Shown: positions 39,252 to 49,240 of the stretch, piece by piece
How positions within the stretch are numbered: the first letter of the stretch is position 1
How the letters are laid out: every line of letters starts with the position of its first letter
Source of the DNA: Thermoplasmata archaeon
GTDB lineage: Archaea; Thermoplasmatota; Thermoplasmata; Thermoplasmatales; GCA-001856825
Reading direction: 5' to 3'
DNA: 64,000 nucleotides
NCBI GenBank assembly: GCA_021792255.1
Contig: JAJYUZ010000002.1
Coordinates: 288,001 to 352,000 of the forward strand
Position numbers and translations under genes: made by a program
The notes under the pieces: model-generated
Told to the model about the DNA's origin: nothing
What the model saw: the letters and a program-made list of their open reading frames with translations, nothing else
The model's database searches: none

Positions 39252-40205
39252 ATGAACTCAAAACTGATAGCATCTATTGTCGTTGCCGTTGTGATCATTG
39301 CATCAGTTTCAGTGATTTATGCTGAGACTAATAAGACAAAGGCACAACCATCTTCGATCACAGTTACAGACGATTTAGGCAGGAACGTTACAATTTCGCT
39401 CCCGGTGAAGCGGGTAGTTTCTATGGACCCTTCAAACACGCAAATGATGTATGCAATTGGAGCTGGAAATCTTCTGGTTGCCGATACTAGTTTCGATTGG
39501 TGGCCTTCTAATTCAACCAGTCTTCCTCACGTAGCTATGGATAGCGGCGTTGCCTCAGTCGAGCAGGTGGTCAATATGACTCCTGACCTCGTACTTGCAA
39601 CAACCATCCAGCCTGCCCAAATAGTGGATCAGCTGGAGAACCTTTCAATTCCAGTTTTGATTTTTGAACCTCAGAACATTTCAAATATCTACTCCGATAT
39701 GTTGACGTTAGGAAACGTGACAGGGCATCAGTCAGGAGCTAAGGCAGAAGTAAACCACATGAAAACCGTAATTCGCGGTGTGGAGAATAAAATTGCGAAT
39801 TATTCCAAGGAGTCACTCCTCTACATGATGTGGCCAAGCCCGATTTACACAGCAGGTCCAAATAGTTGGATAGATAGTTATTTAGAGGCTGCTGGAGCAG
39901 TAAACATCGCTCAGAATTTAAGTGAACCATGGCCTGTGATTGGAGAGGAACAAGTGGTAAACGACAACCCGCAGACAATAATTGTAGACAACAATACTGG
40001 CGTTGCAAACATCACCTATTTCACCAGCGGAAATAACTCGCAGATGTGGAGCAACATATCCGCGGTCAAAAATTACACACTTCAACACCCCACGATTTTA
40101 ATATTAAACGTGACGGAATCCAACTGGATGAACGAACCCGGACCGCTTGCAATCTATGCAGTTCAAATGATCGCTCAGTTTCTCTACCCGCAGGCTTTCG
40201 AATGA
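39252..40205 (+). CDS. Cobalamin/Fe-siderophore ABC substrate-binding protein (BtuF-like)
   Basis: N-terminal anchor, VTDDLGRNV, RVVSMDPSNT, PDLV, PGP. Confidence 0.85.
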   Translation: MNSKLIASIVVAVVIIASVSVIYAETNKTKAQPSSITVTDDLGRNVTISLPVKRVVSMDPSNTQMMYAIGAGNLLVADTSFDWWPSNSTSLPHVAMDSGVASVEQVVNMTPDLVLATTIQPAQIVDQLENLSIPVLIFEPQNISNIYSDMLTLGNVTGHQSGAKAEVNHMKTVIRGVENKIANYSKESLLYMMWPSPIYTAGPNSWIDSYLEAAGAVNIAQNLSEPWPVIGEEQVVNDNPQTIIVDNNTGVANITYFTSGNNSQMWSNISAVKNYTLQHPTILILNVTESNWMNEPGPLAIYAVQMIAQFLYPQAFE

Positions 40206-41188
40206 AATTGTCTAATTATATTTTTACTATTTTTCTAGTTCTTCTTACAATAATCAATGTACTCGTTTCACTAACGATCGGTCCGGTACACATACCATTC
40301 CTAGAAATTTTGAAGAATATTTATTTATACTCATTTGGCAAAGATCCTAACTGGACGATTTCTACAATAATCTTCTACATACGCCTTCCCAGGATCGTAT
40401 TGGCAGTCATTATAGGAATGATTCTAGGGGTCTCTGGTTTGATCACCCAAACAATTTTCAAGAACCCGTTAGGTGATCCGTACCTGACTGGAGTTTCGAG
40501 TGGAGCAGCTTTGGGGGCTGCGATAGGATTTCTCGTTTCACCTTTTATGGTACCTTTACTCGCATTCATCTTTGCAATGCTTGCCGTTGGAATTTCCTTT
40601 CTTATATCTAGGTCAGATGGAGAGGTCAGCACCGAAATGCTCATCCTTGCAGGTGTTTCGGTAAGCTTCCTTTTCTCTGCGGTTGCATCTTACATCATTT
40701 ATCTGCGAGTGTACAATCTCAGGGGAGTTCTATTCTGGCTGCTGGGTGGTTTGTACGGCGCCACGTGGACTGATGATTTCTGGTTGTCCATCGCACTGAT
40801 CGTTGTATTTCCTCTGATGGTATACTTTAGACGAGAACTTGACATAATGCTCATGGGTGATGAGCAAGCTAAGAGTCTAGGTGTGAATACAGGAAGGGTT
40901 AAGTCCGCCACACTTCTCGTTTCCAGCCTCGTGACCAGTCTGGCCGTATCAGTCGTTGGAATAATTGGATTCATCGGATTGGTTTCTCCTCACATTGGCA
41001 GAAAGTTCGTCGGCGAATCTCACAGGTTTCTTGTGTTTGTATCCCCATTAATAGGAGCAAATATCCTTTTGGTCAGCGATACCATAGCGCGAAGTACGCC
41101 TCAGGGAGAAATTCCCGTGGGAATTATAACCTCCTTCATTGGTGCACCTGTTCTTATATATCTTCTTTACAGGAGGAGAAAGATGTGA
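40202..41188 (+). CDS. FecCD/BtuC family ABC permease
   Basis: IRLPR, NPLGDPYLTGVSSGAALG, IGFIGLVSPH, EIPVG. Confidence 0.9.
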   Translation: MKLSNYIFTIFLVLLTIINVLVSLTIGPVHIPFLEILKNIYLYSFGKDPNWTISTIIFYIRLPRIVLAVIIGMILGVSGLITQTIFKNPLGDPYLTGVSSGAALGAAIGFLVSPFMVPLLAFIFAMLAVGISFLISRSDGEVSTEMLILAGVSVSFLFSAVASYIIYLRVYNLRGVLFWLLGGLYGATWTDDFWLSIALIVVFPLMVYFRRELDIMLMGDEQAKSLGVNTGRVKSATLLVSSLVTSLAVSVVGIIGFIGLVSPHIGRKFVGESHRFLVFVSPLIGANILLVSDTIARSTPQGEIPVGIITSFIGAPVLIYLLYRRRKM

Positions 41189-41922
41189 TCGAAATCCAAG
41201 GACTTACAGTGAGGTACGGAAAGAAGGTGGCTCTTGACAATCTGAACTTGAAAGTGGGAGACGGAGAGAGTCTGATCCTCATGGGCCCAAATGGCTCTGG
41301 GAAAACGACTCTGTTGAGGGCCCTTCTTGGATTAGTCAATCACGAGGGAAAGATAAGCCTGAACGGAAAGCAAACTAGTTCTCTCACGAGAATGGAACTC
41401 GCGAGGGAGATAGCGTATGTTCCACAAATATTCTCAACACCGTACACCTTCACAGTTAAGGAGTTCGTCTCAATGGGTCTTTACAGTCTCACTAGAGAAT
41501 GGTGGGTCGAGGATGAGAGGATTCACAGTATCCTGGACAGAGTTGGGATTTATGAACTGAGAGAGAAGACCATAAACACTCTTTCCGGTGGCGAACTCCA
41601 GAAGGCTATAATTGCCAGGGCTTTGATCCAAGACTCCAACTATATTCTGATGGATGAGCCCACAGCTCATCTCGATATCAAATCAACACAGGAAGTCCTG
41701 GAACTGGTATCAAATTTCAAAGAAAAAGGAACAATAATAGTTTCACACGATCTGAATGCACTGAACAAACTTGGTGGAAGCATCCTTCTCATAAGGAACG
41801 GAAAGATGGTATTTAAGGGTGTGAGAGAAGACCCCGATTTTAAAGACAGAATCGAAGACACCTTCGATACCAAGATCAGCGAGACAGGAGGACTCCTCTA
41901 TTTCCCCCTAGTCCAAAGATAG
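41185..41922 (+). CDS. BtuD/FepC family ABC ATPase
   Basis: GPNGSGKTT, LSGGE, DEPTAHLD, SHDLN. Confidence 0.9.
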   Translation: MIEIQGLTVRYGKKVALDNLNLKVGDGESLILMGPNGSGKTTLLRALLGLVNHEGKISLNGKQTSSLTRMELAREIAYVPQIFSTPYTFTVKEFVSMGLYSLTREWWVEDERIHSILDRVGIYELREKTINTLSGGELQKAIIARALIQDSNYILMDEPTAHLDIKSTQEVLELVSNFKEKGTIIVSHDLNALNKLGGSILLIRNGKMVFKGVREDPDFKDRIEDTFDTKISETGGLLYFPLVQR

Positions 41923-42774
41923 GCCTGTCGAAGAAATCTTGGTCTTAATAGGATCGCCGTACTTTCTCAAGATCTCCAAGGATTCATCATCGTACAATGC
42001 TATTATGCTCTCACCGATTAACGAGACAGATGCAAATTCTCCGGAAAGATCGTCCAGAATCTTTTCAGCTCTCGGCGAAACGAGATTTGAATCAAGTGCA
42101 AACTTTCGACCGATTATGAACGCATTTTTCAGGGTCGGCTTTTTCATGAACGCTTTGAACGCTATCTTCCCATTCTTCAAGATATCCTCAAGACTGGAAG
42201 GAGATTTAATGACCTCTCCGGTTGGAATCTTCTTCTTAAATGGAAGTATCAGCAGTTCCGTAGGTTCCTCCAGTATTTTTTCGGTCACCGAATAGGGGAA
42301 ACTTCCTCCCTTTAGTCTGACGTGAAATCCTCCGGTCATTTGAGACTGCACATCCCCCAAGCCCGTGCCTCTTTGCAATTCAATCTTGTGGGCAATTTCG
42401 TATATTTGGCCGCTTATCGCATCACTTCCCATAATAGCGGCACAGGTGGTAAGCGCTGCACCGGCACTGAGTCCGAATCCGCTAGAGGGGGGGAGATCAG
42501 AATACGAAAAAATTCTGCCAGTAAATTTGAGCATATTGGCCACTTCTTCCTGTATCGAATTATCAATAGGTATTCCGTTGAATCTTACGTCCATCGAATC
42601 GGAATGCTCAATCTTGGTAGTGATTCCGGTTTCCACGCAGATTGAGACTCCCTTCGACCCTTTTTTCAGTAGATTCTGTTCCTTGTTTGGTACAAAGAAC
42701 AGTGTCGCGCTTCCGGGAGAGAATGCCTTATGGGAGTAGCTCGAGAATTCTTTTTGCGACTTCAAACTTATCAC
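41908..42774 (-). CDS. GHMP kinase, pantoate kinase (PoK)-like
   Basis: AFSPG, GSKG, LPPSSGFGLSAG, AH.IE...GTGLGDV; next to coaBC. Confidence 0.82.
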   Translation of the reverse strand: MISLKSQKEFSSYSHKAFSPGSATLFFVPNKEQNLLKKGSKGVSICVETGITTKIEHSDSMDVRFNGIPIDNSIQEEVANMLKFTGRIFSYSDLPPSSGFGLSAGAALTTCAAIMGSDAISGQIYEIAHKIELQRGTGLGDVQSQMTGGFHVRLKGGSFPYSVTEKILEEPTELLILPFKKKIPTGEVIKSPSSLEDILKNGKIAFKAFMKKPTLKNAFIIGRKFALDSNLVSPRAEKILDDLSGEFASVSLIGESIIALYDDESLEILRKYGDPIKTKISSTGLSLD

Positions 42775-43897
42775 CTTCCAGGTCGGTTTCCATCTTGCCC
42801 TTTATGACTACGACTCTAGTGAAACCAGGTCTGACGTCTTTTAGATTATTGGCCACTATCATTTCGAGAGAGTTTTCCGACATTCTCCTCCTCGCCCTTG
42901 ATATCAGCTCTTTCTTAGTAACACCGTACTCAGCCTTGAACCCGACTACCACTCCCTTGTACTTTTCCCTAAGCACCTTGAGGAACTTTGGTGTTGGTTT
43001 GAGGTTAAGGGAAAATGACCTATCTGTGGAAATCTTCCCCCTTCTTTTCTCAGAAGTGAAATCAGAGAGAGCAGCGGGAACTATAACAGTATCATTCTTC
43101 CTTATCACATCTATTTTTGAAACTAGAGAAGCCAGATCGGTGAATTTATCGAATTTCAAGAAAGAAGGTACTTCGACAGTGACCTTTCCCAGAAAGAGTC
43201 TGACGTCTGCTCCCAGGTAATAAGCCATTGTGGCAATATCGATAGATGTTTCCCCTGTCGAGTTGTTGGTGATGATCCTAACGTCATCGATGTTCTCATA
43301 GCTCGAACCCCCAATGACGCAGATCTTCCTGTCTTTGAGTTCGGTATGAAGCGATCTGATGACCTCTGCTACGATGGACCTGTAATCTGAAATCTTTGCC
43401 TTCGACTCCTCTATCTGGGGTTCGGTGAAGATGACACTATACGACTTTAGAATCTCAATATTCTTTAAAATGATCGGATTTGTATACATGTTCAAGTGCA
43501 TCGCTGGGACCACGATTACTGGAATTTTCTCAAGCGCATTGGAAAAGATGGAGGTGACTGGAGTATCATCAATCCCGTGCGCCATCTTGGATATAGTGTT
43601 GGCAGTGCACGGTGACACGAGGAATAGGTCGGAGTCTTCCACAAGCTTGACGTGTTCTATCGCCCCGGAAAGCTCCAGGACAACCTTGTTTTCTGATGCG
43701 TACTCGAGTGTTGACGGATGTATAATCTTCCTAGCAGAGTCGGTCATGACTGGAAATACCTCAGCACCGTGTCTCCTGAGCTCGTGTATGAGTTTCACGG
43801 ATTCCACGGCCGAGATTGAGCCAGTCACTCCCAAAATAATCTTCTTGTCCTTGAGCAGTGAAGATTTTGTAATGAACTCCCCTTTCCTTTGAGGCAC
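42728..43897 (-). CDS. coaBC: Phosphopantothenoylcysteine decarboxylase/ligase
   Basis: GVTGSISA, PCTANTISK, PAMH, DDVRIITN.STG, GFKAE, VANN. Confidence 0.93.
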   Translation of the reverse strand: MPQRKGEFITKSSLLKDKKIILGVTGSISAVESVKLIHELRRHGAEVFPVMTDSARKIIHPSTLEYASENKVVLELSGAIEHVKLVEDSDLFLVSPCTANTISKMAHGIDDTPVTSIFSNALEKIPVIVVPAMHLNMYTNPIILKNIEILKSYSVIFTEPQIEESKAKISDYRSIVAEVIRSLHTELKDRKICVIGGSSYENIDDVRIITNNSTGETSIDIATMAYYLGADVRLFLGKVTVEVPSFLKFDKFTDLASLVSKIDVIRKNDTVIVPAALSDFTSEKRRGKISTDRSFSLNLKPTPKFLKVLREKYKGVVVGFKAEYGVTKKELISRARRRMSENSLEMIVANNLKDVRPGFTRVVVIKGKMETDLEGDKFEVAKRILELLP

Positions 43898-43951
43898 TAC
43901 CGTACATATTATTTACAATAAAAAATTTAATGATGGTCGTTCTCTCTAAAC

Positions 43952-45301
43952 ATGGACGTTAGGGACACTCTTTCCGCCTCTCTAAAGAAAATAGAGACGA
44001 GGGAGGGAAAGAGACTCAACATGTTTGTCTGCGGACCGACAGTCCAGGACAAGCCGCACATGGGTCACGCCAGAACTTACGTATTCTACGACGTTCTTGC
44101 GAGATATCTCAGGTACAAGAAGATAAGGCTGTTCTACCTGATGAACATCACCGACATAGAGGATCATATAATAACCAAGATGCAGGAAACGGGGAGATCG
44201 TGGGAAGACATCATCGACTCAAATTCCTCAGAATTTTTCAGAGTGATGGGGATTCTCAAGAACAATTCCGTAAACTACTACGCATTTGCGACTGATTACA
44301 TCAGCGAAATTATCGCGCAGGTCTCAAAACTGATTAAAAAGGGTTATGCCTATGAGATAGCGGACGGGGTGTACTACAGGGCTAGAAAATTCAAAGACTA
44401 TGGAAAACTGTCAAAACAGAATCTTGATCAACTGATGATCGGGGCTCGTGTGGAAGTGAATGAGGAAAAAGAGGACCCACTCGATTTCGCGTTGTGGAAG
44501 AAGAAAAAAGAAGGTGAACCCTCTTGGCCCAGTCCATGGGGGGAGGGTAGACCAGGGTGGCACATCGAAGATACTGCCATAACCGAGTCATTTTTTGGCC
44601 CGAACTACGACATTCACGGCGGAGCAAAGGATCTAATTTTCCCGCATCACGAATCAGAAATAGCGCAGATGGAGGCGATTTCAAGGAAGAAACCGCTTGT
44701 AAAGTATTGGATCCACACCGGCCACCTTAACGTGGATGACATAAAGATGAGCAAGAGTCTCAAGAATTTCGTCACTGTAGAAGAAGCACTGAAGAATTAC
44801 TGGCCAGAGGCAATCAGGATTATGATGCTGTCCATGCGTTATAACGCTGCCGTAAACTTCGATGAAAAGGCCGTAGTCGATGCACAGGGAACGGCCGAAA
44901 GGATTTCCATCCTACAGCACAGAGTGAACAGCTCTAAACTTACGAAGAACGAAAGGGCGGAAGAAGTGGTCAAGAGGATACTTGCACCACTTGAGAACGA
45001 TGTGAATACTCCGGAGACAATAAAGGAGTTTTTAGGTTTTGTAAAGGATTCCTTAGCAAAGAGTAAGATGACGGAAGAGGAAAAGGGAGAGATCAAGTAC
45101 GTCTTAAACGAAGTAGAGAAGGTCATGGGTATCGTGCATAATGCACCCCTTCCAGAAAGATCCATGGACATAGTACTTAATCTCAGGAACGAACTGAGAA
45201 AGAAAGGCGATTATGGGTCTGCTGACAAGATAAGGGACAGCCTGAAGGATGAAGGAATAAAGATCGAGGATACCGCCGAGGGAAGCTATCTATGGTGGTA
45301 G
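43952..45301 (+). CDS. cysS: Cysteinyl-tRNA synthetase
   Basis: CGPTV, HMGH, DFALWK, GRPGWHIE, DL.FPHHE.E, KMSKS. Confidence 0.96.
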   Translation: MDVRDTLSASLKKIETREGKRLNMFVCGPTVQDKPHMGHARTYVFYDVLARYLRYKKIRLFYLMNITDIEDHIITKMQETGRSWEDIIDSNSSEFFRVMGILKNNSVNYYAFATDYISEIIAQVSKLIKKGYAYEIADGVYYRARKFKDYGKLSKQNLDQLMIGARVEVNEEKEDPLDFALWKKKKEGEPSWPSPWGEGRPGWHIEDTAITESFFGPNYDIHGGAKDLIFPHHESEIAQMEAISRKKPLVKYWIHTGHLNVDDIKMSKSLKNFVTVEEALKNYWPEAIRIMMLSMRYNAAVNFDEKAVVDAQGTAERISILQHRVNSSKLTKNERAEEVVKRILAPLENDVNTPETIKEFLGFVKDSLAKSKMTEEEKGEIKYVLNEVEKVMGIVHNAPLPERSMDIVLNLRNELRKKGDYGSADKIRDSLKDEGIKIEDTAEGSYLWW

Positions 45302-45819
45302 AATTTGATGCGATAGTTTCTATTGATTTAATCAACGAATTCGTCACAGGAAAACTGGGAAGGCCAAAGTTCAAAAAGGTGGTCAAAGCTACCAGAGAAC
45401 TGATAGAAAGGAGTGGAAAATTTACCGTTTTGGTGCAAGATTCCCATACAGAGACGGATCCCGAACTACGAGTGTGGGGACAACACGCTATGGACGGTAC
45501 GAAAGAATCGGAAACGGTCCCTGCACTCAGGGGAACTGGCCCGATTATTAAGAAACACACTTACGATGCATTCTACGATACACCTCTCGAGGCTGTTTTG
45601 ATGGGTCAGGGGGCAAAAAAAGTAGTGTTTTGCGGAGTCGTTACCGATATCTGCATCATCCATTCCGTCGCCTCTGCATTCTACCGTGGTCTCATCCCGA
45701 TAGTGGTCGAAGAATGCACTGACACCTATTCTTCGGCTCAAAAGAAGAGGACCCTCGACTACATGAAGATGAATTATGGAGCAAAAATAATATCTCTAAC
45801 GGAGATTGTCGCAAAATGA
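45292..45819 (+). CDS. pncA: Nicotinamidase (isochorismatase family)
   Basis: ID..NEF, D.H, WGQH, KHTYDAF, TDIC; coupled to pncB. Confidence 0.8.
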   Translation: MVVEFDAIVSIDLINEFVTGKLGRPKFKKVVKATRELIERSGKFTVLVQDSHTETDPELRVWGQHAMDGTKESETVPALRGTGPIIKKHTYDAFYDTPLEAVLMGQGAKKVVFCGVVTDICIIHSVASAFYRGLIPIVVEECTDTYSSAQKKRTLDYMKMNYGAKIISLTEIVAK

Positions 45820-46979
45820 GAAATATCGCTTCCCAAGAGGAGATACTCGACCTGAAAACGACGGACATCTATTTTCTTAGAGCAAGAAAAGTTCTAAGAA
45901 AGATTGGGTTCAATCCTAAGGTGGTAATGGAGATAACTTGCTCCTCAAGGGAACAGCCGTGGATCACACTGTCCGGACTCGATGATCTGACAGAGCTTTT
46001 GAGAGGAAAGAAGGTAGACGCATATTCTCTCCCTGAGGGAACGATTTTCCCTCCAAGAGATATGAACGGTATTCCAATACCAGCGGTGAAGGTCGATGGG
46101 AAGTACTTGGATTTTGGAATGCTAGAAACGCCAATGCTGGGGTCACTGTCCCAGGCGTCTGGCATTGCCACGAAGGCATCTTATTTTAAGAAAAGGATAG
46201 GGGAATTGCCGCTTCTATCGTTCGGTGTGAGAAGGATGCATCCTGCTCTTGCTCCGCTCATCGATAGAAATTCGTACATGGGCGGATGCGATAAGGTATC
46301 AAGCATTATAGGTGCGGATAGAATTGGAAAGAAGGCAGAAGGTACTATGCCTCACTCTCTCCTCCTACTTCTGGGCGAAGACAGGGGATGGAAAGTGTAC
46401 GATGAAGTCATAGAAGAAGGTGCAAATAGAATTGCACTGGTTGACACTTATAGCGACGAGAAAGAATCATCGCTGAGAGCGGCTAGGGCAATAAAGGGAT
46501 TGAATGCCGTTAGGCTCGATACACCTTCCTCGAGACGGGGTAATTTTGCAGATATCGTAAGGGAAGTAAGGTGGGAACTCGACCGCAATGGGAAGAAGGG
46601 GGTAGGGATAATAGTTTCCGGAGGAATAAAAGAAGGCGACATCGAAGAACTGAAGAAAGCTGGAGCCTCTGGGTTTGGGATAGGAACAGCCATTTCAAGT
46701 GCGTCTGCAATAGACTTTGCTATGGACATAGTGAACATCGAGGGTAAGGACAAGACCAAGAAAGGAAAGTACTCCGGGAGCAAGAACGTGTTCAGGTGCA
46801 GGAAATGTCATTCATACTTGGTGTCCGTAAACACAAGGGAAAAGTGTCCCTCAGATGGATCTCAGATGGAAAGCCTCTACCATAAAGTTGTCGAAAACGG
46901 CAAGGTGATTTATAGGGAGAACATACAGGAGAGCAGAAACTACGTTTTGGAACAACTAGGGTGGTACCAATTATCCTAG
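45816..46979 (+). CDS. pncB: Nicotinate phosphoribosyltransferase
   Basis: TDIYF, SFGVRRMHP, GTMPH, VDTY, VRLDTPSSRRG, VSGG. Confidence 0.93.
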   Translation: MRNIASQEEILDLKTTDIYFLRARKVLRKIGFNPKVVMEITCSSREQPWITLSGLDDLTELLRGKKVDAYSLPEGTIFPPRDMNGIPIPAVKVDGKYLDFGMLETPMLGSLSQASGIATKASYFKKRIGELPLLSFGVRRMHPALAPLIDRNSYMGGCDKVSSIIGADRIGKKAEGTMPHSLLLLLGEDRGWKVYDEVIEEGANRIALVDTYSDEKESSLRAARAIKGLNAVRLDTPSSRRGNFADIVREVRWELDRNGKKGVGIIVSGGIKEGDIEELKKAGASGFGIGTAISSASAIDFAMDIVNIEGKDKTKKGKYSGSKNVFRCRKCHSYLVSVNTREKCPSDGSQMESLYHKVVENGKVIYRENIQESRNYVLEQLGWYQLS

Positions 46980-47545
46980 TAACGGGATTCAAACAATACT
47001 CAAATTTCAAGAGAAACCCTTCGGGCGAGATTGCTGAGCTACTGGATGGATCTTACTTTCGGGGGAAAGAAGTGGTTGGTATGGCTCTGGAGGCAAAACA
47101 TTCCGTTCTAGAGAAGGAGTACTTGAGGGAGGTCAAGAAGGGGTACGAGGTAATAGTCAACACTGGACTTTCACCCGGAAGGAGAGTGATAGGAGTCGAA
47201 AAGGTTGCAGTCAACTGGCAAAGCGACGAAAAGGATGAGGATGGAGTATCATCCAAAGCCGGAAGCATATTGAGAGAAGGACCTGATGGCCTCTTTTCAA
47301 GACTCCCAGTGGAAGACATTTTGCACTCATTAAGGTCGGCCAAGATACCCTCAGAGATATCCTTCTCGGCAGGAATTTTCCTGTCCAATAAGATATTTTT
47401 CTTATCGCTTTATTACTCAAAAGGGAAAGCAGGTTTTGTTAATTTCCCTGCCGAAGCAGAGAGTTCACTGGATGGAAAATATCCAACCATGAACATCGAG
47501 AGTATGATCAAGTCCTTAGAAATTACAATCCAGAAAACGATATAG
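46961..47545 (+). CDS. Pyroglutamyl-peptidase I (C15) homolog lacking the catalytic Cys and His
   Basis: ILVTGF...NPS, EKVAVN, GPDG.FS.LP, SAG.F; but FLSN for FVCN and GFVNFP for GFIHVP. Confidence 0.8.
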   Translation: MVPIILVTGFKQYSNFKRNPSGEIAELLDGSYFRGKEVVGMALEAKHSVLEKEYLREVKKGYEVIVNTGLSPGRRVIGVEKVAVNWQSDEKDEDGVSSKAGSILREGPDGLFSRLPVEDILHSLRSAKIPSEISFSAGIFLSNKIFFLSLYYSKGKAGFVNFPAEAESSLDGKYPTMNIESMIKSLEITIQKTI

Positions 47546-47546
47546 C

Positions 47547-47696
47547 CTACTGTCCGCCTCTCTTTTCCTTTGCCTTCAGTCTGAGTTCATGACTGCCGCA
47601 CTTCCTGCACGTCGTTGCTCTAATGGGATTTGATGCATAGCAGTTCATGCATATTTTCTTGTTGAATATTCTATCAGTTGCTTCCTTGAAAGGCAT
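47547..47696 (-). CDS. rpl40e: 50S ribosomal protein L40e
   Basis: Below the ORF-track cutoff; manual translation [49 protein letters not shown]. Confidence 0.93.
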   Translation of the reverse strand: MPFKEATDRIFNKKICMNCYASNPIRATTCRKCGSHELRLKAKEKRGGQ

Positions 47697-47885
47697 TCGT
47701 TCGTAATCAGCACTCTATATAAATCCTCTTCTATAATGATAAAGTGGGTGACGTACAGATCGGTCACAAAGGCTGCGGTCAGATTTGAGACTTACTGAAT
47801 GAATGACTTAAAGATAATTTTAGATTATAATATTTGAAGATCAAAATGCTTCGGATCTGAAATTGCCCAGTACAGTGAAGCCTTT

Positions 47886-48545
47886 TTGACTTCGGATACC
47901 GAGGGCAATCCAGCTGGTGAATCGTTTTATAGCATATCCTGCTACAAAGCTGTGATTGACGCGAGCAACATACCTCCCTCATTCCCCCCACGAAAGCCCA
48001 AGCATACCTACGCAGTGGTGAGTTTAGTGATTGTCATTGCAGTCGTCGCGGTAGCTTCTGGGGTAATAGCAATTCAGCAACTCACTTCAGTCCACCTTCA
48101 CGTTGGTATTCCTTCAGACTCAGAAGTCAATAATCTGGCAGGTCAACAGTTGATACCAAACTTGAATGACAACTACTCTGCTTATTCTGGTTACGGAACT
48201 GCTCTAAAAGAGACGATTGCCTTCTTCAACACATCAAACGGAGAAGGTTTTATTCTGATAGGTTCTTTTGAATTTGCCAACAGGTCGTCGTCATACGGCT
48301 TCTACGTCAACAATCCTCCAAACTCTATGTTTTTCCCGAAGCAATTCTTTCCAAACGCAACCTTCGAGAACGGTTCTTACGACGGCTTCAATTTTTCCTT
48401 CATGATTGAAAATAAGACTGGAAATTATACGTTTATTGCTATTGGACAGTCAGGCTCTTACGCATTTTGGATAGACGATTCGGGTATAAAGCTCTCAAGT
48501 GTAACAAGTCTAATTCACGAAGAAATCCAGTCGATGGAACACTAG
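47886..48545 (+). CDS. Membrane-anchored extracellular protein, unknown function (start uncertain)
   Basis: One TM then an N/S/F-rich domain with several N-x-S/T sequons. Confidence 0.5.
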   Translation: MTSDTEGNPAGESFYSISCYKAVIDASNIPPSFPPRKPKHTYAVVSLVIVIAVVAVASGVIAIQQLTSVHLHVGIPSDSEVNNLAGQQLIPNLNDNYSAYSGYGTALKETIAFFNTSNGEGFILIGSFEFANRSSSYGFYVNNPPNSMFFPKQFFPNATFENGSYDGFNFSFMIENKTGNYTFIAIGQSGSYAFWIDDSGIKLSSVTSLIHEEIQSMEH

Positions 48546-48629
48546 ATTTGGAACTAATTAGGAAATGTTCACAGAAGCTAACAATTTGTCTGGGAAAATT
48601 TAAAATAAATACATTGATTTGAATACGAA

Positions 48630-49181
48630 ATGAAAAGGAGGGTCGCAATCGTACTCCCTTTTGCAGTACTTTCTACCGTTTTGTCAGTCTATACTATTCT
48701 AATCACAAGCCGGTCAAGTCCCGCCTTTTTTGCTGGTTATACGCATTCAGCAATTGCAACTAATGGACCAATGCAGGTTTCAGTCGCGTACCCAATTGGG
48801 TCGATCTTCCTGACTCTTTCTGTTATGGGATGGTTACTGACTGGATACGAGCTGTTTGCTGAACGAAAGAAGGAAATTTCTCACATCCTCCGAACTACGG
48901 TTTCTGGTAGGAAGGATCACTGGGGTATTTATAACGTCTTTAAGGGAAAAGGCGGAGCCAGGCGCTTGACAATACTGGAATCACTTAACGTCCCGAGGCA
49001 AAGAAACGAAGTTGCAAAAATAACTGCTACTGATTGGAAGGAAGTGGATCGTAACATTAGGATTCTGGAGTCAGCGAATCTAATCAGAACTGGTCAGTCT
49101 GGAACTCCATATCCCCGCTACGAACTTACCGAGGAAGGACATGAGCTATTGGAGAAAATCGCTTCAGTAGTCCAAGGCTGA
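48630..49181 (+). CDS. Two-TM protein with C-terminal winged-HTH (membrane-tethered regulator)
   Basis: Two hydrophobic helices then GGARRLTIL...NEVAK...WKEVDRNIRILESANLI...YELTEEG. Confidence 0.7.
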   Translation: MKRRVAIVLPFAVLSTVLSVYTILITSRSSPAFFAGYTHSAIATNGPMQVSVAYPIGSIFLTLSVMGWLLTGYELFAERKKEISHILRTTVSGRKDHWGIYNVFKGKGGARRLTILESLNVPRQRNEVAKITATDWKEVDRNIRILESANLIRTGQSGTPYPRYELTEEGHELLEKIASVVQG

Positions 49182-49240
49182 ATAAGATTCAGGAATTTCT
49201 CAAAGGAAAACAATATTATTTTCTACATTCTTCCGATGGA

